A stretch of DNA of 64,000 bases, from assembly GCA_041389025.1 (NCBI GenBank), contig JAWKSP010000001.1, positions 2 through 64,001 of the forward strand, read 5' to 3'. Shown piece after piece: positions 21,516 to 32,675 of this stretch. The DNA comes from Minisyncoccota bacterium. Lineage in GTDB: Bacteria > Patescibacteriota > Minisyncoccia > Phycocordibacterales > UBA918. How positions within the stretch are numbered: the stretch's first letter is position 1; every line of letters begins with the position of its first letter. The translations under genes were made by a program, and so were the position numbers. The notes under the pieces were generated by a model. It was given only the letters and a program-made list of their open reading frames with translations. It ran no database searches and was not told the origin of the DNA.

Positions 21516-22340
21516 TTATCCTCCCTTAATCCGACTTAAAGCCAAATCAAAAAATTGTCCAGTGTCCCACACTGTATAACCTTCCCTAACTAGGTCCAGA
21601 GTCATAACCTTAGAAGTTGGGCCAAGTGAGGTCATGATCAAAGTATCAGCTTTTGGTAGAGTCGAGACCACATTCCTCACCTCTTTCATTAACTGGTCAT
21701 ATTGTAGCCAGGCATCACTCGAAGGACCTTCGACATAAAAAGTTTTTAAGCCGAGCTGTTGGTCTTGAAAGCGAGCTGTGTTACTAGCTACTATCACCAA
21801 ATTCTTAGTCTTTAGGTGATCGATTAAATTATCGTAAGGCAGACCTTTGTTATAGCGACCATGAAAAGTTAGAGCGCTACCGTAGACCTGATCTTTGTTT
21901 ATGTAATCCTTTAGATAAATCTTGCTGTTGGTCCAAAAATGATGTTGCTCCCCGATTCCCTCGGCTTCAAATCCGGCTTTGGTTTTTAGAATAAATTCCG
22001 GGTTAAAACAAACCAGTAAATCTGGGTGGTCGGAAGACAGAACTTCTTTTAGACGCTCGGCCAAAAGCGGATGGTAAGTCTGGTGCCAGTTATCAAAGTA
22101 AAGTCCAACCCCGAGGAGCATATCAAAAACTTCATCACCAAACCGCACGATCGACTTGTTGTTATTTAAAATCTCATTTACTGTCTCGTCGTAGTTAAGA
22201 AACCTGACATCTTTATAATGATCAATATAAGAATCAGCGACTTGATTGTAATACAAATACTTCTTTACAAACGGCACCAAAGCTGGCGGATGGTCAATAA
22301 ATTTCCGCAACCGATTTTTCCATATATATAAAGTCGACAT
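21516..22340 (-). CDS. GT-D fold glycosyltransferase (DUF1792)
   Basis: KSIVRFGDEVF, SLGPTSKV, WDTGQ motifs. Confidence 0.85.
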   Translation of the reverse strand: MSTLYIWKNRLRKFIDHPPALVPFVKKYLYYNQVADSYIDHYKDVRFLNYDETVNEILNNNKSIVRFGDEVFDMLLGVGLYFDNWHQTYHPLLAERLKEVLSSDHPDLLVCFNPEFILKTKAGFEAEGIGEQHHFWTNSKIYLKDYINKDQVYGSALTFHGRYNKGLPYDNLIDHLKTKNLVIVASNTARFQDQQLGLKTFYVEGPSSDAWLQYDQLMKEVRNVVSTLPKADTLIMTSLGPTSKVMTLDLVREGYTVWDTGQFFDLALSRIKGG

Positions 22341-22372
22341 ATTGTCTGGTATTATACTGATAAATATATTTT

Positions 22373-23164
22373 ATGACCAACAAAGCTACTGAGTTCTCCA
22401 TCATACTACCGACTTATAATCGACCACTTTTGATAAGTAATAGTATTAACAGTGTGATAAAACAAGAATATCAAAATTGGCATCTATACGTAGTGATTGA
22501 TGACATCAATGAGGAATACGCTGTAGCCAAAGAAACCTATGCCGACGAATCAAGGATCACTTTTATTCAAAACGCTGAAAACGTTGGTAAAAATAAATCA
22601 TTAAACCGCGCTCTTGACCAACTAAAGAAGATAAACTTTCTAGGCTATATAGTCTACCTTGATGACGATGATTGGCTATCACCACACTGCCTGACTTATT
22701 TTGTTAGTGCCATAAAAAACGACCCTTACCAAAACTGGTTCGTATCAGAAAGAGTAAATAGTAAGACCAATCTATCCTTTACTACTAATAGAACCGGTAA
22801 AGATGTAATCAGCTACCAATACGACATGTTGCTCCGACGAAAATTTACCGGCGATACCACCCAATGTCTAAACTTCCAAACCATATCCAACGTACGCTTC
22901 CCCACCACTATCAAAAACGCTGAGGAGTGGGTATATTACGCAGAAATATCAACCAAACAAAAAACCTTCAAATACCTACCGGTTGCCGGCACTTACTCTG
23001 AAGGTTATGCGGAAGACGGTCTAACTGATGTGTACCATAGTCAGAACGAGCGCTGGAAAAACAATAAAGCAGTCATAATAGAAATCTGGCAGCGAAAGAT
23101 GTTTTCTCCTTTCATCATATTTTATTTACTTGGACGTCTTGTTAAATCACTAATATCTAGATAA
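22373..23164 (+). CDS. Glycosyltransferase family 2
   Basis: SIILPTYNR, YLDDDD. Confidence 0.9.
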   Translation: MTNKATEFSIILPTYNRPLLISNSINSVIKQEYQNWHLYVVIDDINEEYAVAKETYADESRITFIQNAENVGKNKSLNRALDQLKKINFLGYIVYLDDDDWLSPHCLTYFVSAIKNDPYQNWFVSERVNSKTNLSFTTNRTGKDVISYQYDMLLRRKFTGDTTQCLNFQTISNVRFPTTIKNAEEWVYYAEISTKQKTFKYLPVAGTYSEGYAEDGLTDVYHSQNERWKNNKAVIIEIWQRKMFSPFIIFYLLGRLVKSLISR

Positions 23165-23165
23165 T

Positions 23166-23200
23166 AAAAAACCGCCGACTAAAGTCGGCGGTTTTTTATT
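23166..23200. terminator. Bidirectional terminator between convergent GT2 genes
   Basis: taaaaaaccgccgact-aa-agtcggcggtttttta. Confidence 0.85.
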
Positions 23201-23209
23201 ATCTAGATA

Positions 23210-24223
23210 TTACTTTGGAGTCACTACACTTTTTGGCATTGGTGTCTCTGGTACAAATCCAGTATACAAAGCCCTAGCTATCAACCAAGCTCTACCTAAG
23301 TAAGTTCGACTAGGACCCCACTTAATAAGACCAATGAGACAAAGTCCGACGTACCACACCACTACATTTAAAATTAACACAATAAGCCATTGGTCGGTGT
23401 GTCGCTTAGATATTCTAACGGCGTTACGCATCCGATAGTAGACTTTGTAGGTTGGAGTATCAGGATCAAAAAGACCAAAGATATGATAACCGTAACTCGG
23501 AAAAGTCATATCAATATCTGTAATAATTGGCCGAGCACAAGCGTAGGATTGATAGCCAAGCTTACGAATACGCCAAGCATAATCAAGATCTTCTCCATAA
23601 ATAAACATACTAGCGTCTGGCGGCTCAACCTCTCGCACTACCTCAATCGGTAAAAAAGTACCGCCGGTTACAAAAGCTTCTGTTGGTACAATCGGTATAA
23701 AAGGATTTTTAGTTGAAGGTTTTATACCGAGTATCAGCTTAAAAGCATTGATAAGTTTACGAAAACTAAAAACCTCAAATAAAGTTCCGCGTGGTGGTTT
23801 GTCTTGAAGTGGTCTAGAAGTAAAAATATCCTTGTTACCCGGCACATTCACCCGATTACCAACCAATATTACTTTCCTATCCTTAAAGAATTGTAGATTG
23901 GTCACAAAATGATCAATCGCTCCTTCCTCTGGCACCGAATCATCATCCAACACAAACACAAAGTCACAGTCCGTCTCCTGAGCATAAACAATACCTTTGT
24001 TAATCGCCCCCGAATAACCGATGTTTTTCTCCTGTCGCAAAATCACTACCCGTTCTCCATGTTGCCTAACATACTCATCCATAGCTTCCGCATCCTTACA
24101 ACCATTATCGACAATCACAAAAGTGATTACCTGTGAATCGCTAAGACAAGCGTCTGCCACTTGCTTTAAAAGCGGCCAACGAGTACCATATACCACCGTA
24201 ATTACCGTGACTTTGACTTTCAT
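23210..24223 (-). CDS. Glycosyltransferase family 2
   Basis: IVDNG, NIGYSGAIN, VLDDD, FIYGEDLDY. Confidence 0.9.
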   Translation of the reverse strand: MKVKVTVITVVYGTRWPLLKQVADACLSDSQVITFVIVDNGCKDAEAMDEYVRQHGERVVILRQEKNIGYSGAINKGIVYAQETDCDFVFVLDDDSVPEEGAIDHFVTNLQFFKDRKVILVGNRVNVPGNKDIFTSRPLQDKPPRGTLFEVFSFRKLINAFKLILGIKPSTKNPFIPIVPTEAFVTGGTFLPIEVVREVEPPDASMFIYGEDLDYAWRIRKLGYQSYACARPIITDIDMTFPSYGYHIFGLFDPDTPTYKVYYRMRNAVRISKRHTDQWLIVLILNVVVWYVGLCLIGLIKWGPSRTYLGRAWLIARALYTGFVPETPMPKSVVTPK

Positions 24224-24306
24224 ATTTTTTCAATTTTTACTTGCTTTTGAGGCCATAATAGCATACATTATCACCAAACACAGGGTTGTGTTGGACTGTA
24301 TTTATC

Positions 24307-25245
24307 ATGTTAAATGACGAGAAAATATTCATAACCGGAGGAGCTGGATACCTAGGAAGGAACTTGATCAAGCGTTATTATGATGATAACGAAATCACCA
24401 TCTTTAGTCGTGATGAATCAAAACATTATTATCTAAAAAAACAGTTTCCAAAGATAAGATGCATCATTGGTGACATCCGTAATTACCAACTACTCAAAGA
24501 AGCTTCACGTGGTCATACCATCGGTATTTTTGCTGCCTCATTAAAACAAATTGAAGCAGTTGACCAGAATGTTGAGGAATCTTTACAAGTCATCGTTCAC
24601 GGTGCTATTAACTCTCGCCGCGCTGCTTCTGAAAATGGTTTTAAGGCTGCCACTTTTATTTCGACTGACAAAAGCCGTGGTGCCACCACTATCTATGGTG
24701 CTATGAAGTATGTTGCTGGTGAAGCCTTTATAGCTAATGCAGACGAAACACCAACTCGACTGACTTCAGTTATTTACGGTAACGTATTAAATTCAACTGG
24801 CTCAATAATTCCATTGATCTGGGATTCAATAAAAAATAATTACGAACTAACTCTATACGGTGAAGAAATGACTAGATTCATGATTGACATTGAACAAGCT
24901 ATTGACTGTATTGAATATGCACTCAAAAAAGATAATTTCAATATTATACCAAATTTAAAATCTTTAAAGATCAAAGATCTATTTGAAATATTCGAAGAAG
25001 AATTTCGCTTAAAATGGAAAATGGGGACACCACGCATTTCAGAAAAATTCCACGAACAAATGATTTCTCCTTACGAACGTGAACGAGTAACTTATGACCG
25101 CGAGCACAATATGTTTTTACTTCATAACAAAAATGTCTATTACGAAACAATTCTTTCACCTAAAGGTCTTACTTCAGAAGAATGCCTAGTCACCAAAGAA
25201 GAGTTGCATGATATACTTAAGAAATATAATTATTTTTCTAACTAA
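24307..25245 (+). CDS. Nucleotide-sugar 4,6-dehydratase (Polysacc_synt_2, PseB/FnlA-like)
   Basis: ITGGAGYLG, SRDESK, ISTDK, YGAMK, YGNVLNSTGSII, MTRF. Confidence 0.88.
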   Translation: MLNDEKIFITGGAGYLGRNLIKRYYDDNEITIFSRDESKHYYLKKQFPKIRCIIGDIRNYQLLKEASRGHTIGIFAASLKQIEAVDQNVEESLQVIVHGAINSRRAASENGFKAATFISTDKSRGATTIYGAMKYVAGEAFIANADETPTRLTSVIYGNVLNSTGSIIPLIWDSIKNNYELTLYGEEMTRFMIDIEQAIDCIEYALKKDNFNIIPNLKSLKIKDLFEIFEEEFRLKWKMGTPRISEKFHEQMISPYERERVTYDREHNMFLLHNKNVYYETILSPKGLTSEECLVTKEELHDILKKYNYFSN

Positions 25246-25254
25246 GAATCTATA

Positions 25255-26043
25255 ATGAAAATATTAGTTTTAGGTCAAAGAGGAATGCTAGGCCGTACAG
25301 TTATACGTTTTCTAACAGAAAAAACTAACCACGAAGTCTTAACTATAAATAGCCATTGGGGTAAACCAGCTTTTAATGACGAAATCAAAAGTTTGAGAGC
25401 GGAATTTATTATTAACGGGATTGGTAAAATACCTCAAAAAAAACCAGCGCTATTTGACTATAATTTTGTTAATGTTGAGTTACCACGTTTTCTAGAGACT
25501 CTTAATATACCAACCCTCCATCCATCAACTGACTGCGAATTTAAAGGTGATATTCCAATCGGAGAAAGTTACGATAAAAATTCTGTCCGTGATGCTGATG
25601 ACGACTACGGAAAAAGTAAAGCGATCATCTCTGCCGAAATAGAAGATAGTTACAAAAACACCAAAATTATTCGCACTTCGATAATTGGACATGAAGAAAA
25701 TACTAGCCTAGCATTACTAGACTGGTTTCTTGCTCAAACGGAGAGTGTCAAAGGATACAGTAACCATTATTGGAACGGTATAACTACCCTAGAGTGGATC
25801 AAACAAGCTCTACCAATAATCGAAAACTGGCAAGATTATCCAACCCTAAACCAAATCGCCGTCACCGAACATTACTCAAAATTTGATATTTTAAATATTA
25901 CTAGAGAAATCTACGAAAAAGAAATTAAGATAACTCCCTTTGAAACCGAAACTACTGTAAACAAATGTTTAACCCCTGAAATTGAAGCATCAAACCTAAA
26001 AATCCAATTAGTTGAGTTAAGAAATTTTTTTAAAAATAGATGA
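25255..26043 (+). CDS. RmlD-like nucleotide-sugar reductase
   Basis: LGQRGMLG, STDCEF, YGKSK, IRTSIIG. Confidence 0.85.
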   Translation: MKILVLGQRGMLGRTVIRFLTEKTNHEVLTINSHWGKPAFNDEIKSLRAEFIINGIGKIPQKKPALFDYNFVNVELPRFLETLNIPTLHPSTDCEFKGDIPIGESYDKNSVRDADDDYGKSKAIISAEIEDSYKNTKIIRTSIIGHEENTSLALLDWFLAQTESVKGYSNHYWNGITTLEWIKQALPIIENWQDYPTLNQIAVTEHYSKFDILNITREIYEKEIKITPFETETTVNKCLTPEIEASNLKIQLVELRNFFKNR

Positions 26044-26047
26044 ATCT

Positions 26048-26923
26048 TTAAGGTATTAAACAAAGCAGATTAGTATGTAAGTCCTTGAAATCACCATAAT
26101 TTATTTTTTCCTCAAGATTTATATTATTATTGTCTATAACGGTAATTTTATAGCCGAAACTTTTCAAAAAATTGTATAAGTCTTTTGTTTTACCACTAAA
26201 ATCTTGTTCGTAAATATTTGGACTGAATTCAAGAATTATAACTGGTTTAAATTTTTGCAGTAACTCTTTACTACCACGTAATGCTTCAACCTCATTACCT
26301 TCTATATCAATTTTTATTACATCGAGCTTCTCAATAGTTTTAGTAAAATTATCCAATTTATTCACTTCCACCAAAACCTTATCATCAACAATTCTTTCGT
26401 GTTCTATTGTTTTAATAGACGATGCACCAATATTTTCTGAAACCAAAGATAAATCGGCCTGCCCCACCTTATCTGATAATGCAGTTTCATATATTCTTAC
26501 ATTATCTATACGGTTTACCTCTAAACTTTTTTTGATTTGCTTACTTAACCTTGGCAACGGTTCAAAGGAAAAAACTTTTCCTTTATTACCAACAATCAAG
26601 GCAGCATATAGGGTGTGATAACCAATATTGGCGCCAATATCTAGAAAAATACCACCTTCTGGTAAGTATTTTTCAATTACCGCACTAATCTCTGGCTCCC
26701 ATTTACCTAATTTGTAAATTTCATCATCAACTCCACCATTCAAAAAAGGATTTACATAGATGGAAAATTTTTTGTCTCCAACTAAAATATCCACCAAAAT
26801 ATCTTTACCGTTATTGATAGCAAGGCGTGTTTGTTGACGATTTTTTTTTCGCCAAGCTTTAACTTTATCCACTAGAGTTTGAGGTAATATTTTTTTAACA
26901 AAATTTATTAAGGCTTGTTTCAT
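26048..26923 (-). CDS. FkbM family methyltransferase
   Basis: DIGANIGYH, FEP, IKIDIEG. Confidence 0.9.
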   Translation of the reverse strand: MKQALINFVKKILPQTLVDKVKAWRKKNRQQTRLAINNGKDILVDILVGDKKFSIYVNPFLNGGVDDEIYKLGKWEPEISAVIEKYLPEGGIFLDIGANIGYHTLYAALIVGNKGKVFSFEPLPRLSKQIKKSLEVNRIDNVRIYETALSDKVGQADLSLVSENIGASSIKTIEHERIVDDKVLVEVNKLDNFTKTIEKLDVIKIDIEGNEVEALRGSKELLQKFKPVIILEFSPNIYEQDFSGKTKDLYNFLKSFGYKITVIDNNNINLEEKINYGDFKDLHTNLLCLIP

Positions 26924-26939
26924 ATTAAAAAATAATTAA

Positions 26940-27752
26940 CTATAACACATTTAAAGTGTCTGTTATAATATGATCCTTATCTTTGTAAGCTACCTCAATC
27001 CCTTGACCAACATCAATTACCTGTATACCATCTTTAGCCAACTCAAAAGCTATCGCCTTACCGGCCGGTCCAAAAGACACCAACACCACAGAATTCTCTC
27101 TACCGTTCTTCACGACCAACTTTTGTATTTGAGCTTTAATAGATTCGTATTCAGAATAAGCATCTGTAGGAGGTGTGTTTACATATTTAATATTTTTAAA
27201 AGGAATATTATTATCTTGACTCAACATATCTATATAATTTTTATTAGCCACAAAAATAAGTTTTTTGCCTAATAGATAAGACTCAAAATATTTTGGTATT
27301 GAATCTCTATAATAAAAAAAGGAAGCATCAAAATAATTTACCTTCTTGTTAAAATATAGGTGGTAATAAATTTTCGACGGTAACCAACAGCTTAGTAGCT
27401 TATGTTTCTTTAGTTCTCTGTTAGTTTTAGATAAAGGGAGACGATTAAGACCTAAAACATAAGGTGAATCCTCTTCATATTCATCAATTATTTTGAAAAA
27501 CAGATCACGTAAACTGACTTCGTATTTTTGAAAAGACAGCCCTCCCCTATTCATTAAATACACCTCACCATCACCAAAACGAATAATAGAACGACCAGTC
27601 TCAAGTATGGAGTTGATATTATCAGCTTCAAAATATTTTATATCCAATTTAAAATAAGGATCAAAATACCTGATGATATAAGAAAAAAAATACTTAGGGT
27701 TATTAAACAAATGTAATCTAATATAACGAATCAGTCGGCCTAATAGCTTCAT
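26940..27752 (-). CDS. GT-D fold glycosyltransferase (DUF1792)
   Basis: SIIRFGDGE, FQKY, FGPAGKA, IDVGQ. Confidence 0.85.
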   Translation of the reverse strand: MKLLGRLIRYIRLHLFNNPKYFFSYIIRYFDPYFKLDIKYFEADNINSILETGRSIIRFGDGEVYLMNRGGLSFQKYEVSLRDLFFKIIDEYEEDSPYVLGLNRLPLSKTNRELKKHKLLSCWLPSKIYYHLYFNKKVNYFDASFFYYRDSIPKYFESYLLGKKLIFVANKNYIDMLSQDNNIPFKNIKYVNTPPTDAYSEYESIKAQIQKLVVKNGRENSVVLVSFGPAGKAIAFELAKDGIQVIDVGQGIEVAYKDKDHIITDTLNVL

Positions 27753-27875
27753 ACCTAAAGCATAACCGTTTATAAAAAACAAAGCAAATTAAAGCCAAAT
27801 TACGATATAACATGTATTGTCTTATTGTTTAAAAATTATATTAATCTCTATAAAAGTTCAATGTAATAAATTTAA

Positions 27876-28751
27876 TTAAACCTTAAACTTACTACTAATT
27901 ACCAAAGCATAACCATCGCTAACAGGTATTGCCAAAGACTTCACATCCAACCCCAAACCTTTTGTATTTGAACTCAACAAAACAACATCTTTGGTAATAA
28001 TTTTTCTTTGCCGTACCGCCTGAAGATAAAGAACTCCATCAGATAGAACTATGTAAGCATTTGGATAAGGGTCAGTAAGACCTCTAACTAAGTTATAGAT
28101 CTCCACATAAGGTCGATTTTTGACTTTTTCCAAATCTATCTGACCATCATCTTGTTTGCGTCTTTTTAGAGGAGGATGATTTTCTAAGTCAGACTGTGAT
28201 GTAAAGACAATTTGATCATTTATCATATCCTCTAAAAAATTTCGAGTAATCACTGTACCAATATCAATTATTCTGAATAGTATTTCATCTAGAGTACCAG
28301 CCAATGAAAAAGGTATTTGTTCATATATATCACCGCTATCTATACCTTCATTCATTTTTATCACACTAACAGCCGACATGGTTTCTCCTGCCACTATTTG
28401 ATGTTGAATCGGAGTACCACCCCTATATTTAGGTAGCGGTGAAGGGTGAAGGCAAAGACAGATATAATTTGATAAAATTGGTTCTTTCACGATCCATGAC
28501 CAACCATAGAACATAACAACGTCTATCTTATACTTGGCCAACAAAATACTTATTCCTTCTTGATTTTTTCCGTCCAAAATTTCTACCATTAAATTAGGAT
28601 TTATAGACGATAAAGAAAATTCATGTTTAGATGTGGTTATGAGTAAAGGAATTGAATATTCATCGTATTTTGTCATTTGATCAAAAATGGATTGATAAAT
28701 ATCAAACGCCCATTGTCTATAAACAACAAAAGCTACTCTTATCATAATCAA
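27876..28751 (-). CDS. Fmt-like (probably sugar) formyltransferase
   Basis: LHPSPLPKYRGGTPI, GIDSGDI, RGLTDPYPNAY. Confidence 0.85.
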   Translation of the reverse strand: MIMIRVAFVVYRQWAFDIYQSIFDQMTKYDEYSIPLLITTSKHEFSLSSINPNLMVEILDGKNQEGISILLAKYKIDVVMFYGWSWIVKEPILSNYICLCLHPSPLPKYRGGTPIQHQIVAGETMSAVSVIKMNEGIDSGDIYEQIPFSLAGTLDEILFRIIDIGTVITRNFLEDMINDQIVFTSQSDLENHPPLKRRKQDDGQIDLEKVKNRPYVEIYNLVRGLTDPYPNAYIVLSDGVLYLQAVRQRKIITKDVVLLSSNTKGLGLDVKSLAIPVSDGYALVISSKFKV

Positions 28752-29560
28752 TGTTTTATACTTACTGCCCCAACATCAGACAGAATTTTAAATGTTTTAC
28801 GCAGCATATTCCTAACTTCAGAACGGGCAAATTCATATTCATGTGAATAAACAATTATATAACCATATTTTTTCAACGAATCTAAAAATATTGCTCGCAA
28901 ATCTTCCTCACTATATCTACTATTGGTAAACACCTCAATTCTATATTGTGTTCTAATAAAATCAACATCTTGATATGATGCATGTCCTAACTCTAACAAA
29001 AATTTAGCTGTCTTTTCACACATACGATGACTGCCTATTTCTCGGTCAGTTGTAAAAAGAGCGGTGATATCCTTTTTTTTAAAGTATGACGCTAATTCAT
29101 ATGATTCTGAATAATAATGTAAACGTATCCATTTAGCATAATATTCCCTACCAGCAAATCTATCTATCTCATTATAGATTTTATCAAAGACCAATTCTTG
29201 TTCCTCTGGAGTCTGTTCGAATGGAGCTGTCATATAATTTTTTGCATGAGGACCAAATCGTAACCAATTACCATCTTTTGCCAACTCCCCCCGCAGATCT
29301 CTTACGTCTTTAAGGGTATACAAAACTCCATCGATATCCTTTTCATAAAACAATTCTAAATCTATCTGAGCTCCGTATTCATCATGAATCTCTTTCATTA
29401 AAGCAAAAAAGGGATTATCAAACAAAGGAGTTTTTTTTATAGTTAAGTCTATCAGACTGTCAAAAACATCATCAACAGAAAAATGATACCAAGGTATATT
29501 ATGAAACTCTAAAGGAACTAATTTTCCTATAGGCTCAGTACTTATATTTTTTAAATTCAT
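28748..29560 (-). CDS. Hypothetical, polysaccharide-deacetylase-like protein
   Basis: HFSVDD, FGPHA, RLHYY, YSHEY; overlaps the formyltransferase start. Confidence 0.6.
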   Translation of the reverse strand: MNLKNISTEPIGKLVPLEFHNIPWYHFSVDDVFDSLIDLTIKKTPLFDNPFFALMKEIHDEYGAQIDLELFYEKDIDGVLYTLKDVRDLRGELAKDGNWLRFGPHAKNYMTAPFEQTPEEQELVFDKIYNEIDRFAGREYYAKWIRLHYYSESYELASYFKKKDITALFTTDREIGSHRMCEKTAKFLLELGHASYQDVDFIRTQYRIEVFTNSRYSEEDLRAIFLDSLKKYGYIIVYSHEYEFARSEVRNMLRKTFKILSDVGAVSIKH

Positions 29561-29884
29561 TGCGGTGATTGTAACATAAAGCTCATATAGAGATAGACAA
29601 ATGATGAAATCATAATCCACCTACCTCCTTGTTGTCAAGATATTATAAATTTCAACTTTTTAATACATCTAATTATAATAAAAGGGAAATCAAAAAATAA
29701 AACCCTCCCCGCAATGACTAACTTGAGTATACTAGAATATATTCAGTACTTATAAATACCTTACTAATATGAGTTTAAAAACAAATAAAATGACGGTAGG
29801 CAACCTTAAAGGGAAGTAAAATGACAAAAAATTTGGTTATTCTATATAAATTAAACTTTTACTGTTATAATATATACTTAAACA

Positions 29885-30931
29885 ATGCAAAAAAATATTA
29901 TTGAAAAGAAACCTTTACCATGTTGCCCAGCTTGTAAAGCCTTTGGTATAGAGATGTACACCAACCTTACTGATGACCTATCTAAAACAGATGGTATTTG
30001 GCAAATGAAAAAATGTAGCAACTCCAATTGCGGGACTTACTGGCTTGATCCTACACCAGACCCAGATAATCTATACTTATTATACAAAGATTATACAACT
30101 CACACGGATCCCTTACCGATACAAAATAACAACAAAAGATCAGGTCTAAAGAAACTACTGGATCAAACAAGACAATCTATACTAAACCAAGAACTGGGTT
30201 ACCCAAGCCCTCTTTCTAAAGTAAGAAAGAAATTATTGAACACAATATCATTGATACATCCTGGCTGGCGTAATGAACAACTTAACCAAGTACTATATAT
30301 ACCTTATGTAAATAATGGACACTTATTAGATGTTGGTTGTGGCAGTGGAGCAGCTATGATTGATTTACAGAAAATGGGTTGGAAAGTGACAGGTATCGAT
30401 TTTGACCCAAACGCCATACACAACGCTAAACAGAAAGGACTAAACGTGTATCTTGGTGACTTAAAACAGATTAATTTTCCCGATAATTCATTTGATGCGA
30501 TTCTTATGAGTCATGTAATAGAACACGTACCAAACCCAATAGAAACATTAAAAGAATGTCACCGTATTCTAAAACACAACGGACACTTAATAGCAATCAC
30601 TCCCAACGCTGATTCTCGCGGACATAGACGTTTTAAAGATCATTGGCGAGGACTTGAAGTTCCAAGACATTTGCAAATATTCACTCCAAACTCCTTGAAA
30701 AACATTGGACTAAAAGCTGGTTTCAGAATATCAGAAGAAAAAAATTGTATGCAAGGTATTTACTACATTTGGGACGCTTCTGCTGCACATGAAATGACCG
30801 GTACTTATGAATTACCACCACAAAACACAAAAACTAAGCTAATGGCAAAGCTACGATTATTTGTAGCAGGTATCAGAATGTCGATCAGTCCAAACAAAGA
30901 AGAAACTGCTATACTACACTGTCAAAAATAA
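29885..30931 (+). CDS. Class I SAM-dependent methyltransferase with N-terminal Zn ribbon
   Basis: CPAC..C..C, LDVGCGSG, SHVIEH, TPN, PRHL. Confidence 0.9.
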   Translation: MQKNIIEKKPLPCCPACKAFGIEMYTNLTDDLSKTDGIWQMKKCSNSNCGTYWLDPTPDPDNLYLLYKDYTTHTDPLPIQNNNKRSGLKKLLDQTRQSILNQELGYPSPLSKVRKKLLNTISLIHPGWRNEQLNQVLYIPYVNNGHLLDVGCGSGAAMIDLQKMGWKVTGIDFDPNAIHNAKQKGLNVYLGDLKQINFPDNSFDAILMSHVIEHVPNPIETLKECHRILKHNGHLIAITPNADSRGHRRFKDHWRGLEVPRHLQIFTPNSLKNIGLKAGFRISEEKNCMQGIYYIWDASAAHEMTGTYELPPQNTKTKLMAKLRLFVAGIRMSISPNKEETAILHCQK

Positions 30932-30953
30932 AGTTAGCTTCAATTTATAACCT

Positions 30954-31802
30954 TCATATTCCAATTCCAACAAATTTACGCCACCAACCTCTAATCAATT
31001 TTGCGTAATACACCATCAGTAGAAAAGATCTCTTTTTAAATGACAAAACTCCATTTCCGGAAAGAAGTTTTAAATACTTCATATTTTCTTCTATTGCTTC
31101 TTTTTCTCTAGTTTTTAAAGCAATCAAATCATCTCTAGTTGAAAATCCCACCATATTATTCTGATGTTGACGATAAGTATTAGTTACTTTATCAATAAAA
31201 AATGGTTTAGCTGGATAGATTGCTAATTGGATCCACGAATCATGAGCTGGACAATAATCTGGTACTGGCATTACACTTTTAAGTAAATCTGTACGGTACG
31301 ATGTCTGAGCCGCTCCAATACAAGTACCCCAAGTATTTTCTAATACGGTTTTATGACGATAATAATCAGATAGAGTATCTTCAATGTAGCCAGTTTCATT
31401 TCCATCACTATCAGTCAACACACATCGATTGAAAGCCCACATTATCGAAGGATCCCTATACGCATCAACGTGACTCTGGATCTTATTTTCAAACCATATA
31501 TCATCCTGATCACAAAGAATAATAATTTCTCCTTTGCACAATAAAATTGCATTTTCAGTATTTTTTCTGAAACCTCGTTCAAGTGGACTTCGTGACCACC
31601 TAAAGCGTTTATCTTTTGCGCAATACTCATTCAAAATAGCCACTGTATCTGGCTCACTGCCGTCATCACTTATTACCACCTCATAATTCTGATAAGTTTG
31701 AACCAATATGGAGTCAAGCTGTTCTTTTAATAATTGACCACCATTAAAGGTAGTGAGAGCAATAGATACAAGTGGACTAAAATCTGTGAAACTAGAATTC
31801 AT
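30954..31802 (-). CDS. Glycosyltransferase family 2 (rhamnosyltransferase-like)
   Basis: SIALTTFNG, SDDGS, CDQDDIW, HDSW, YRQHQNN. Confidence 0.9.
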   Translation of the reverse strand: MNSSFTDFSPLVSIALTTFNGGQLLKEQLDSILVQTYQNYEVVISDDGSEPDTVAILNEYCAKDKRFRWSRSPLERGFRKNTENAILLCKGEIIILCDQDDIWFENKIQSHVDAYRDPSIMWAFNRCVLTDSDGNETGYIEDTLSDYYRHKTVLENTWGTCIGAAQTSYRTDLLKSVMPVPDYCPAHDSWIQLAIYPAKPFFIDKVTNTYRQHQNNMVGFSTRDDLIALKTREKEAIEENMKYLKLLSGNGVLSFKKRSFLLMVYYAKLIRGWWRKFVGIGI

Positions 31803-31889
31803 ATAAATGTAAATATTTAATTAAACTTTGTTTTATTATAAATATAATTTATATTTATAAGCGTTATCCAATATGTTATCATCACAATC

Positions 31890-32675
31890 ATGAAAAATAA
31901 AATACTAAAGATACTTAAATATCTACCCAATATTCCTAAAGTATTTTTGGAAATTAAAAATCCTGCAACTTTTTTTCTAGGATATTTTAAAACAACAGAT
32001 AATAACATTAATCTATTTGGTGATATTACTCTAAAAACAAAAAATCCAGACGACATTAGTTCTATAAGTGCCATAGTAGTTAAAAATGAATATGGTAAAG
32101 ATTTTAACAAAAATAATAATTGGACCATAATAGACATAGGAGCTAATAAGGGTTTTTTCTCACTGTATGCATCTAAAAACCCTTCAAATATAATATTTTC
32201 TTATGAACCAATAACAGAAACTTACAACGAGCTTCGTGACAATATTGATTTAAACAAAAAAAATAATGTTTATACTTTTAATCTTGGCGTGGCTGGAAAA
32301 GACGGTTATAGAGATTTTTCATATGAGGATGATAAAAGTATCCTATCTTCCATGATTTTTGATGTTGGTAGTGAGTCAAAAAGTGCAAAAGTGCAATGTA
32401 TTACACTTAAAAATTTATTCACCTCCAACAATCTAGAAAAAGTAGATCTATTGAAGATGGATTGTGAAGGGTCAGAGTTTGAAATACTATATGGTACAGA
32501 CAATAGTATCCTCAGTAGAATCAAACGTATCAGAATGGAGTACCACAATTCACCAAAAGAAGAGGCCTATAATATTGATAAGTTGTCTTTATATTTGAAT
32601 AAAAATGGATTTAGATTAACAAAGAAAATTCAATCGAATCAAACACTTGGCATTGCTTGGTTCGAATTAGTTTAA
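31890..32675 (+). CDS. FkbM family methyltransferase
   Basis: DIGANKG, YEP, LKMDCEGSE. Confidence 0.9.
   Translation: MKNKILKILKYLPNIPKVFLEIKNPATFFLGYFKTTDNNINLFGDITLKTKNPDDISSISAIVVKNEYGKDFNKNNNWTIIDIGANKGFFSLYASKNPSNIIFSYEPITETYNELRDNIDLNKKNNVYTFNLGVAGKDGYRDFSYEDDKSILSSMIFDVGSESKSAKVQCITLKNLFTSNNLEKVDLLKMDCEGSEFEILYGTDNSILSRIKRIRMEYHNSPKEEAYNIDKLSLYLNKNGFRLTKKIQSNQTLGIAWFELV

Noticed and set aside
29557-29630. SD (AAGGAGGT)-led 18-codon uORF overlapping the ATG at 29560
   Set aside because: Too short to support; could be chance or a remnant in a horizontally acquired glycan island, so not counted in the SD class.
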